The notes beneath the pieces were generated by a model, which saw only the letters and a program-made list of their open reading frames with translations, was not told where the DNA came from and ran no database searches. 64,000 bases of DNA from an uncultured Lachnospiraceae bacterium (GTDB lineage: Bacteria; Bacillota; Clostridia; Oscillospirales; CAG-272), in the NCBI GenBank assembly GCA_964638675.1, contig CAZXAU010000001.1, positions 56,966 through 120,965 on the forward strand, given 5' to 3'. A program made the position numbers and the translations under genes. How positions within the stretch are numbered: position 1 is the stretch's first letter; each line of letters begins with the position of its first letter. Of the stretch, positions 21,155 to 30,200 are shown piece after piece.

Positions 21155-23113
21155 TTAGCTGATCTGTATAGCTTTTCTCTCGGAATAGATCCGTCCGAAC
21201 TGAGTTTCGTAGACTATACGCACAGTATATGAGCCGGGATATTCATACGAAAGAGTGACTTTCCCGTTTGATATTTCATCATCGGTCAGCCTTCTTTGAT
21301 ATCTCGTTACATATGTCGATGTTTCAAGACATACTCCAATAGGCTTGCAGTTTGAATAATTCCCGAATGAAAGCACAAAGCTCTCTCCGACGGTTGCCTT
21401 TGCTTTACTGACCGCCGCATCTCCTGCCGAAGCATATTCCCACTGTATGCTATCGCTCTTTTTTTCATCCTTATATTCGAGGTATGCCGAGTATTTTCCG
21501 GTTTTCGTATGTGTGAAGCCGTATATTTTATATTTCTTTCCGTTGATCGTCTTTGTCCCTGTTTCGGATATCCTGATTCTTGCACACTCTGTTTTATCGC
21601 ATAAAATTACAAGGTATTCTGCCGATTTATCAAGAATATTGATCTGTGCGATCTCGTTCTCTTTATATACCGACATGTCTCCTTTGTCAAGTGCAAGCGA
21701 GTTGTTATAGCTCATCTTATCAAAGGAGAGTGATATGTCGGGTGACGGAATCCTTTCGGGATATGCATATCTGTAAACCGAATAAATATCGAGAAAATGG
21801 CTTTTGAAGTAGTCATATGTCACGTATGTGCGCGTCATGCAGGGTATAGCGGCTTCCGATATCTGTACATACTTTATTTTATTATCGCTGTCTCTCAGAA
21901 TATCGGTGACGATCGCCATATGACCTCCCGAAAAATCTTTTTGCGTAACGTTGCAGAGCACATCCCCGATTCGGATCTCGTTTTCCGACATATCGAGCTT
22001 TTCCATTCCGTCTATCGTCTCCCATTCATAGGTCGTATATACAAAATCCAAGCCGTATGCATAATCGATCATCGAAGAGCATACTGCTCCGTAGGGATTC
22101 CATGCGTAATATATCCACGATGAATATCCCGGGTCGAGCGGATCACGGTAATCGGATGTGTAAACAACGCTTGCCGGATTCTTTATTGCCGAAAAAAAGG
22201 TATATACTCCGACATCGATTCCGATGTACGTGTTGGTTTTTCTTACCGACGAATAAGGAAAGCCGATTATACTTTCGTTTTCTGACAACTTGTATCTCGA
22301 ATATGGGTCTGCCTGTCCGATCTTATTTTTGTCGATAAATCCGATCGTCATCCCTTCGCCGCTTGCTGTTAGGACATTGTCGCAAAAGACCGAAAGCCGT
22401 GCAAGCATATTGTTTATCCCCGGATTGCTTGGAGAATCGTGTGTCAAACCGTTTTCAAACCTCTGTACAAGTGAATCCCCTCTCCCTTTTACCAGTCGGT
22501 AATCCATCATTTCAAGATATTCTGGGGTTGAAAATTCGCTCTTTGAAGTAAAAATTCTGATATATTCGGTGTTTGCACTCGTTATAAAGGTTCTCGGTCC
22601 CATAGTATCGCCGTAGACGCAATATCTTACAAGATTCTTGTCGGCGTCATATTCAACAAGATTGGAATATGAGCAGGGATAACCCGGAAATGCAATACTG
22701 AGCGTATACATTTCGCCCGGCGAAACCTTTATATACCCGCTCCGCATCATCTCGTCGGAATCCGCTTCTCTGCCGTCAGAGCCTATTGTACCTTTTTCAA
22801 AATACCCGTCGAACAGATTGGTTTCGGGTTCTTGCGTTTCACTGTCGGTCGGTTTTATCGGAGTGATCGGTGTAATCGTGGTAATCGATGTGATTGGAAT
22901 AATCGGAGTAAGCGGCGGAATCGACGGATAGCCTTCTTCAGGCGTTTGCGTTATTCCGGGGAAAGGTATGGCGGTATGTGCTCCCGTTAAACAGAGCAAG
23001 ATAACAAGCGCTATACATACTGCGGTCAGAATCAGAGCGACAGACGGCAGAATTATTTTTTTCAATACTCCTGCGGATACCGTAACGGAAGATTGATTAT
23101 TGGAGTTGTTCAT
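21155..23113 (-). CDS. Membrane-anchored extracytoplasmic protein with a Pro/Ile/Thr linker and a putative NlpC/P60-like (papain-fold) Cys...His region
   Basis: Single N-terminal TM (ILPSVALILTAVCIALVILLCLTG) and linker PPLTPIIPITSITTITPITPIKPT. YGAVCSSMIDYAYG (Cys345) and IRIGDVLCNVTQKDFSGGHMAIVTDI (His398) lie 53 residues apart. Separated by 24 nt from the SPFH gene stop. Confidence 0.55.
   Translation of the reverse strand: MNNSNNQSSVTVSAGVLKKIILPSVALILTAVCIALVILLCLTGAHTAIPFPGITQTPEEGYPSIPPLTPIIPITSITTITPITPIKPTDSETQEPETNLFDGYFEKGTIGSDGREADSDEMMRSGYIKVSPGEMYTLSIAFPGYPCSYSNLVEYDADKNLVRYCVYGDTMGPRTFITSANTEYIRIFTSKSEFSTPEYLEMMDYRLVKGRGDSLVQRFENGLTHDSPSNPGINNMLARLSVFCDNVLTASGEGMTIGFIDKNKIGQADPYSRYKLSENESIIGFPYSSVRKTNTYIGIDVGVYTFFSAIKNPASVVYTSDYRDPLDPGYSSWIYYAWNPYGAVCSSMIDYAYGLDFVYTTYEWETIDGMEKLDMSENEIRIGDVLCNVTQKDFSGGHMAIVTDILRDSDNKIKYVQISEAAIPCMTRTYVTYDYFKSHFLDIYSVYRYAYPERIPSPDISLSFDKMSYNNSLALDKGDMSVYKENEIAQINILDKSAEYLVILCDKTECARIRISETGTKTINGKKYKIYGFTHTKTGKYSAYLEYKDEKKSDSIQWEYASAGDAAVSKAKATVGESFVLSFGNYSNCKPIGVCLETSTYVTRYQRRLTDDEISNGKVTLSYEYPGSYTVRIVYETQFGRIYSERKAIQIS
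22847..22915 (-). repeat. About seven tandem 9-bp units encoding the (P/T)-I-T linker
   Basis: On the plus strand: GGTTTTATC GGAGTGATC GGTGTAATC GTGGTAATC GATGTGATT GGAATAATC GGAGTAAGC. Confidence 0.7.
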
Positions 23114-23137
23114 ATAACATCAAATTGATCTATCCGA

Positions 23138-24454
23138 TCAGACCAAGTCGTTATCATCAAATTTGTCTCCGCATTCGGGACAGAATTTCGGAGGATTTTG
23201 CGGATCATCGGGAATCCATCCGCACTTGTTGCATCTGAATTGTCCGCTCGGACGTTTTGCACCGCATTCCGAACAGAATTTGCCGCTGTTTACATTGCCG
23301 CAAGAGCATTTCCATGTGCCGTCATTTGCCGGTTTCTTTTCACCGCAGGATGAGCAGAATTTTCCCGAATTCTCATTTCCGCATTTCGGGCATTTCCATG
23401 TGTTTTCGCTCTTTTCAGGAGCTTTTTGCTGATTTTGTGCCTGCTGCTGAGCCGCAACACCGTAGAGATTCTGTGCTGTGTTTCCGCCGGCACCCTGAGC
23501 TACGCCCATTCCCATAAATCCGAGCATTGCTCCGCCCGAGTTTGATGCGGCTGCCTTCATTGCCTCGGCTTGTGCGTCGACCATAGCCGCCGCACCCATT
23601 GATACGTCACGGTAGACCGCTTTTTTCTGAAGCTCTTTTATAAGCTTTTCATCTTCCGCCGATGCACTGACCGAGTTTACACCAAACTGTGCTATAGTTA
23701 TGCCCCGTGTTTCTGCCCATTTTTTTGAAAGCACATCGTTGAGGGCGTCGGCTATTTCAAGTGTATGCCCTGGAAGTGAGCTGTAACGGACTCCCATATC
23801 GGAGATCTTTGCGAATGCCGGCTGAAGTGCGGTGAGAAGCTCGCTTTTGAGCTGGCTGTCAATTGTCGAACGTGTATAGCTTTCACTTACATTTCCGGTG
23901 ACATTCGTATAGAAAAGTATCGGGTCTGTGATCCTGTATGAATATTCGCCGTTACATCTGATAGCGATATCGATATCAAGTCCTATGTTTTTGTCGACAA
24001 CTCTGAAAGGAACGGGTGTTGCCGTACCGTATTTGTTTCCGACTATCTCTTTTGTATTGATATAGTATACCCGCTGGTCACGTCCGGTATCTCCGCCGTA
24101 TGTGAAGCGTTTGCCTATATCCTTGAAGGTATTGAGAATACCTGTGCCCAGTTTTCCCGTAAAGATCGAGGGAGATGTTGTTGATGAGTATTTGAATTCG
24201 CCCGGTTCTGCACAAAGTTCGACTACCTTTCCGCCGTCAACGATCAGCATACACTGACCGTCGCTTACGGCAACGACCGAACCGTCGGATATTACATTAT
24301 CGCTTCCTTTTGTGTTGGAAGATCTTGAGCTTGTTTTCTTTCGTCCCTTGCAGACGAGAGTGTCCGATGACATCGAATCGCAGTAAAAATATTCCTTCCA
24401 CTGATCGGCAAGATTTCCTCCGAGTGATCCTGCAAATGCCTTGATAAGTCCCAT
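23138..24454 (-). CDS. SPFH (Band-7_1 / YdjI-like) protein with three C-terminal zinc ribbons
   Basis: AAGGAG SD. The N-terminus MGLIKAFAGSLGGNLADQWKEYFYCDS and body are typical of the YdjI / 'virion core protein' SPFH family. The C-terminus carries CPKC..CSSC, CSC..CSEC and CNKC..CPEC. Confidence 0.75.
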   Translation of the reverse strand: MGLIKAFAGSLGGNLADQWKEYFYCDSMSSDTLVCKGRKKTSSRSSNTKGSDNVISDGSVVAVSDGQCMLIVDGGKVVELCAEPGEFKYSSTTSPSIFTGKLGTGILNTFKDIGKRFTYGGDTGRDQRVYYINTKEIVGNKYGTATPVPFRVVDKNIGLDIDIAIRCNGEYSYRITDPILFYTNVTGNVSESYTRSTIDSQLKSELLTALQPAFAKISDMGVRYSSLPGHTLEIADALNDVLSKKWAETRGITIAQFGVNSVSASAEDEKLIKELQKKAVYRDVSMGAAAMVDAQAEAMKAAASNSGGAMLGFMGMGVAQGAGGNTAQNLYGVAAQQQAQNQQKAPEKSENTWKCPKCGNENSGKFCSSCGEKKPANDGTWKCSCGNVNSGKFCSECGAKRPSGQFRCNKCGWIPDDPQNPPKFCPECGDKFDDNDLV

Positions 24455-24586
24455 TGTTTTCTCCTTTTTGTTATTGGCTATTATTCTGAAATGTTGTTTT
24501 GTGGTCTTTTGCGGAAGGTTTCCCCACCTTCAAAGATTTTACGGAATGTAAATTTTACATATTGTAAAATGAAAAATGAATTTAAA

Positions 24587-25393
24587 TCAGAAATGTCCTC
24601 CGTGATGCGAGCCTCCGCCCGAATGGCCGCCTGAGCCTCCGCCCGATCTTCCGCCCGATGACGAATCGGGTTTGGGTACCTTTGTCAGGGTACTGTACAG
24701 GAAGCGGTCTCTCGATTCGGTGATCGTGATATCCCGGTTTTCAAAATATCTTGAAGCACCTCTCTGTTTTTTAACGGTGTCCATTTTGGATCTCATCGAC
24801 AGTACAACGACAAGCGAAATTACTGCCCCGATAATAAGCGATATCAGAGCGTATGTCAGACATGAGCTCATGCTTTTTCCCACAATAAATCTTTCATTTT
24901 CGCTGTTGCCCGAGAACTCGAGTGCAAGCTCGGCAAATTTCACTGCGGCACCGTCAAAATTGTTTGCACGAAGCAGCGGCATTATCGCCCCATTGAGTCT
25001 GTCGCCTTCATCGTACGTGATCTTACCGACATATTCACCGTGTCTTACATATATATCGAATGAACGGCTGATCGTTCCGAGATAGAGAAGCACTCCGCTT
25101 TCGCAATAGTTTCCGTTTAAATACATCCTCTCGGCATCGTCGTCACGTATGCTGTCATTTGAATTCACATAGTTTGTGTAATAAATTATAACAGAACAGT
25201 TGTATTTTTCATATGCTTCGTCTATAAGACGATTTATTCTGTTGGCACTTTCTGAGCTTATTGTTCCTGTATGATCGATCAGTTCTCCTTTATTATAGAT
25301 CCTCTCCTTTGTTGCAAACGAGGGGATTAAAGAGAGGGCGATCATCAATACCGCAAGAATAAGGCAATAAAATATTTTATATCTTTTTCTCAT
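24587..25393 (-). CDS. TPM-domain membrane protein (YdjH-like)
   Basis: Start moved to ATG 25393 (GAGGGGGA SD). Signal/TM, then a TPM-like domain (HTGTISSESANRINRLIDEAYEKYNCSVIIYYT ... GVLLYLG), then a TM, then a Gly/His-rich tail GGRSGGGSGGHSGGGSHHGGHF. Confidence 0.7.
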   Translation of the reverse strand: MRKRYKIFYCLILAVLMIALSLIPSFATKERIYNKGELIDHTGTISSESANRINRLIDEAYEKYNCSVIIYYTNYVNSNDSIRDDDAERMYLNGNYCESGVLLYLGTISRSFDIYVRHGEYVGKITYDEGDRLNGAIMPLLRANNFDGAAVKFAELALEFSGNSENERFIVGKSMSSCLTYALISLIIGAVISLVVVLSMRSKMDTVKKQRGASRYFENRDITITESRDRFLYSTLTKVPKPDSSSGGRSGGGSGGHSGGGSHHGGHF

Positions 25394-25403
25394 GCTGTCC
25401 CCC

Positions 25404-26492
25404 TCAAAGTATGAATATAAGAAGCAGTGACAGAAGAGCACCAATTCCTAAAGTCATGGATGCAAGCCATGCAAAAAATCTGCCGTAATCAACAGGTAGC
25501 TCACCCGAGGCTTTACCTGTCTCACCGTTCATTGCAAACTGATAATTTTTTCCTCTGTATTTCGTATTCAGCATCCACACGGGAAAGAGTGCATATATGA
25601 CACCTGAATTTGTATGCTTGATGTTTGAGGATTCTTTTATAACTCCTGTATAGCCGAGAGTGGTTTTGCGGAATTCGCCGTCAATGCTTTCAAGCATCCT
25701 GGCGTTGATCCTCGACTGAAGCTCGGACGGCTCTACATCATATTTATCGGCGTTATATCCTGCAAGATATGACGCATTGAAGGGTTCGGATCTATCGGCA
25801 TTGAACGGCTCGATAGATTCCATGAGTGCATCGTCTGTTTTTTTACTGCCGTCTGCCGGGATATTTCTGAATATGAAATTGCCTTTTCTGTAAAGTCGGA
25901 AGTAATCGGTTTTAGTGTAAATATATCTTGAATCTGACCATGTGAAAACCTTTTTCGCTCTGTATACGACTTTGGCGTCGCTATCGCAGTCGAACAGCCA
26001 GAAGGGAACATATACTCCGGTTACATTTTCGATCCTGTTTTCAGATTTAAAGGCTTTGGGAAGGAGCGGCTTTCCTTTATACAGATTTTTGAGAGCCTGT
26101 TTTGCATCCGATTTGTTCATTCTGAAGGGAATTACTATATCAGGACGGTATATTCCGCTCAGCCGTTCAGGAATCATTGCAGGATTTCCGCAATATACAC
26201 AGGTGGTTGAAGATGTGTTGGCATCGGTTATGAGCTGACCTGCACATGAAGGACAGGTGAAGACCTTGAATTTATCATCTTCTTCGCTTGTGAATTTTCT
26301 GTCTTCGCCCGGGGCTTCAAATTCATCTGCTGTATCTGCTGTATCGCCGATATCACCGACCTCTGAGCTTTCTACAAATTCCTCGATACCTATTTCACAG
26401 CCACAGTATTCACACACCATTTTATCTGATTTTCCGTCATATTCAATTTTTGCGTTACAGTGCGGGCATTTGCTGACTATCGATTCTGACAT
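25404..26492 (-). CDS. Double zinc-ribbon protein with a C-terminal TM (YdjG-like)
   Basis: Start moved to ATG 26492 (GGAG SD 7 nt upstream). Motifs CPHC..CEYC and CPSC..CVYC, the conserved IVIPF and GVYVPFWLFD motifs, and a C-terminal TM. Confidence 0.7.
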   Translation of the reverse strand: MSESIVSKCPHCNAKIEYDGKSDKMVCEYCGCEIGIEEFVESSEVGDIGDTADTADEFEAPGEDRKFTSEEDDKFKVFTCPSCAGQLITDANTSSTTCVYCGNPAMIPERLSGIYRPDIVIPFRMNKSDAKQALKNLYKGKPLLPKAFKSENRIENVTGVYVPFWLFDCDSDAKVVYRAKKVFTWSDSRYIYTKTDYFRLYRKGNFIFRNIPADGSKKTDDALMESIEPFNADRSEPFNASYLAGYNADKYDVEPSELQSRINARMLESIDGEFRKTTLGYTGVIKESSNIKHTNSGVIYALFPVWMLNTKYRGKNYQFAMNGETGKASGELPVDYGRFFAWLASMTLGIGALLSLLLIFIL

Positions 26493-26665
26493 GACAATCT
26501 CCATTCTGCCGCCGGAGCGGCGGCACAAATCATTTAGGGAATTCGCTGAGGCTACTCATCAAATCTGGGCGTGAAACAGATGAACTTCTCCATGCAGGTA
26601 AAACATATCTATCACGCTATCACCTTTCTCGAACTTTCCTTATGCGATCATTCTTTCACATTTCG

Positions 26666-26694
26666 ATTATACCACACAGTGAACGATTTGTCAA
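26666..26694 (-). promoter_or_regulatory. Consensus sigma-A promoter of the zinc-ribbon/TPM/SPFH operon
   Basis: On the minus strand: TTGACA, a 17-nt spacer, then TGgTATAAT (extended -10). This leaves a leader of about 165 nt before ATG 26492. Confidence 0.8.
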
Positions 26695-26811
26695 CAATAA
26701 TAAAAGAATGCTTACGGCATTTTTATGTTTTAATGCCAATGAAATGTTCAAAATACACCTTAAAGTGCAAATAAATCGGACATGTATTTGGAAAATATTT
26801 CAGAATTCATA

Positions 26812-26840
26812 TTGACAACAGTGAAAGAATATGGTATTAT
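26812..26840 (+). promoter_or_regulatory. Near-consensus sigma-A promoter facing the DNRLRE-protein gene
   Basis: TTGACA, a 17-nt spacer, then TGgTATTAT. It is divergent from the promoter at 26666-26694. Confidence 0.75.
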
Positions 26841-26846
26841 GATATT

Positions 26847-27015
26847 GTAGAAAAGTAACCATAGATAACTCGCAATCCCCGATGCAACGTCAGTGCTGTT
26901 GAGGTATTCTTGAATCTATATAATGCTATGGTGCGGTGAAGCATCACCGTCAGGAATATTTTTGAATAATAAGGCACATAAGCTTCGGGACTCATAGGGG
27001 ACTTATGTGCTTTTT
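26847..27015 (+). ncRNA. Candidate leader RNA / small RNA of about 170 nt, bounded by a promoter and an intrinsic terminator
   Basis: The predicted TSS is about 7 nt after the -10. There is an internal hairpin CGGTGA agca TCACCG. The terminator is GCACATAAG ...19 nt... CTTATGTGC followed by TTTTT at 27011-27015. No ORF with an RBS lies inside. Confidence 0.45.
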
Positions 27016-27214
27016 AATTTGAACTTTGGAGGAGGATACCGATCATGTACAGTATCATTAGTTATGTAAACATATTTTCAGACCGCAGGCTTCCTCTGCT
27101 TTTCCGCTCTAGTGGCATATAGATCTGAAGGCAGGATCTATATGCAAGGATACGTTATGCCGTAAATAAATTATCGAATTAACCGATCCATGAAAAACAA
27201 CGAAAGGGAGAAAT

Positions 27215-30200
27215 ATGTTCAAAAAAAGCAAAGCATTGACAGCGTTATTGCTTACTGTCGTAATACTTTTCGGTTCTGTCCTGGGTGGCGTATTCGCACT
27301 TGAATCGGACAAATTGACCAATGCATCGGATATGACATCCGTAATGCCGGGCGAGCTGTCCGGATTGACCGATTTGAGTCATGAATTCAGTGACGGAGCA
27401 GTAATCGGTAAGGTTGCGGAAGTCACCTCACTGCGTGATGAAAATGTAAAGCATTTTCGTCTTGATAACGGAACATTTGAAGCGGTCATGTATCCTTATC
27501 CGGTACATAGACAGGATTCTGACGGCGTCTGGCAGGATATCGACAATTCTCTTGCACTGAAAAACGACGGAATGCTGAAGGTTTACGCAACATCAGATTC
27601 AAGAGTGAAATTTGCGGATTCATTCAAGTCAAATTCAGAGTTGTACAGCTTGAGCGAAAACGGTTATTCGATATCGATGGCATTGATAGAAAATGAACCG
27701 TTAAGGTACACTGGAACTCTGAATGCCGGACTTGAAAATAAATCTAAGATCATCGTAAGCAGCGGTGAAAAATACTCAGCCGAAAAGGCTTTTGATTCGC
27801 TTGAGCAGGCGGCAAAGATCAATAATAAAAGCTCGGTCCTCTACTGCAATGTAAGAGCGAATACCGACATTCAATACATTTTGCAGGAAAATGACATTAA
27901 AGAGAATATAATAGTCAAAGCTCCGGGTGAAAGCTATGAATATCGCTTCGGAATTGCTCTTGAAGGGCTTACAGCCTCGCTTGATAGATCGGGCGTCATC
28001 AATCTTTATGATGCCGAAAGCGGCGAGCTGAAATATATTATGCCCGCACCATATATGTATGACATTGGCGGTGAATATTCAAATGATGTATCATATGATA
28101 TACAACAGCTTCGTGACGGCAGTTATCTGCTTACTGTAAGCGCTGATGAGAAGTGGATGAACTCAAAGGAGCGTGTATTCCCGGTTACTATAGACCCGAC
28201 ATTGACATTGCCGAGTTCAGCTTTTGACTCATATACCGATAAGTCAAATCCCGATGAAAATTACGGTCTTGATGAGAAAATGTGGGTGAGCAGCGAAAAA
28301 ACTGCATATATACATATGGCTGTTCCGAACCTTCCGGCAACCGCAACCCTAAATTCCGCAACTTTGCATGTTCCGTACTATTTTAATAAAACAACAGGAA
28401 GCTTGCTTGCCGCTGCATATCAAGTGTATGAAGTTTGGTTTGAATCTGCGATAACATATAACAACACACCGGATTGTTCAACACTATCTCTCTCAAATAC
28501 AACATTGATCGCCTCTTCGTCTGTAACTCAGGCAACCCCCGGTTGGGCTGAATTTGATATAACAAATGCGGCGGTCGATTGGTATGCTGATCCGACCACA
28601 AACTACGGAGTTGCTATCAAGAGATGGATAAGTCCGTATTCAAACAACTCGTCCGTTATTTTGAAATCGTATGAGTCAGGAAGCGATTGGGCATATATCA
28701 GCGTAAACTATATTAACTATATTCCGAGCGGTGTGTATGCATTCAGATCAAAACTCAGCAGTACCAGATGGATAAAAGTAACCGGTAATTCAGCGGGCAG
28801 TTATCTCCAACATGTCAGCTTAACAAATTTCCCTGCGGACGCTGAAGTTTTTGACCGTTCGTGTCTGTTTAAGATCTACAATGTTCCGGGTACTGTCAGA
28901 TATATTATACGCTCAATGTTGAACAATGAACTGACCTTTGATATTTCCGGAGATAAGTTTGTTACAAAAAAGATATCCAATATTGACAGCGAGGTTCCTC
29001 CGGAGGATAGCTTCTATATCAACTGGGACGGATACGGATTCAAAATACGTCCCTACTATTCCGATAAGATAGTCAATATATCTTCAACATCCAATCCGGA
29101 TCTCACAACTTTGAGCAACGCTGATGCCGGATCGGGAGCAAGATGGGAACTGGTTCAGTATACGGGCAATAGCAAGCGTGGATATACTTTAAACCCAAAT
29201 ACTATGTTTTTAAAGCCCGGAACCGAAGTAACATTAAGTACGATCGTTTGGACAACATCTATTGGCTACAATAAACCCGAAATTGTTTTGAATGACGGCT
29301 GTTCAGATGTAGCATCCCTTGCATGGAACAGAAGTACCGGTATGGGAAAACTGGTGATAAATAAAACCGGTTCGTTTGGCGGCTACATAAGAATACTCAA
29401 AGAAGAAGACCTTAGCGTATACGAGTCTTTATATTTCACCTATGCAGTCAATGTTCCGGTTTCGAGTGGTGACTATTTTGTCATGAACAAAGAAGCAGGG
29501 AAATATATGCAGTTAGATGACGGTGATGCACCGGACTTTAATAATAACGGCGGAATTGCAGAGATTCATTCATTCGACGGAGGAGATTATCAAAAATGGA
29601 CATTTACCCATTTGGGAAGTGGGTATTATAGCATAAGATCTGTTGTCACCGGTTATGCCCTCACAGTTCCGCCGGATAAAGTAACATCCGATAATGTCGA
29701 TTTGGTCTTGAAGCCGTATACCGGTTCTTATAATCAGAAATGGAAGATAACTGTTACAAATAGCGGAGCGTACAAGATCAAAGCAAAGTCATCTGAAAGC
29801 TATACAGAAAAAGATCTTGTTATGGATCTTAAGGATCCAGCATTCTCATATAACGGGCTTAGTATACGGCAGAGAGAGAATGAGGATAGTTCGAGCTATA
29901 GGGACGAGTGGATTATACGAAAATCAAATGATTACACTTTGATGTATATCGGAGATTATGTTGGAGATCCGCAAATGCCTCCTATTTTATCCGATGTAGA
30001 TACAGCATTAAGAAATAATGCCGGCATGAGCGGGTATGCCTACACCTCATTAAATGACGAAGATTTGTTAGGGTGTCTTTCAACAAGTTCAATTTTTTCT
30101 TGTATCACACACGGCGATCAATATGCACTGACAGTGTCAAACGGAATAATTACAGTAAATGATATAAACAGATTGGTGGATGGAGCCTTATCAAATTTGG

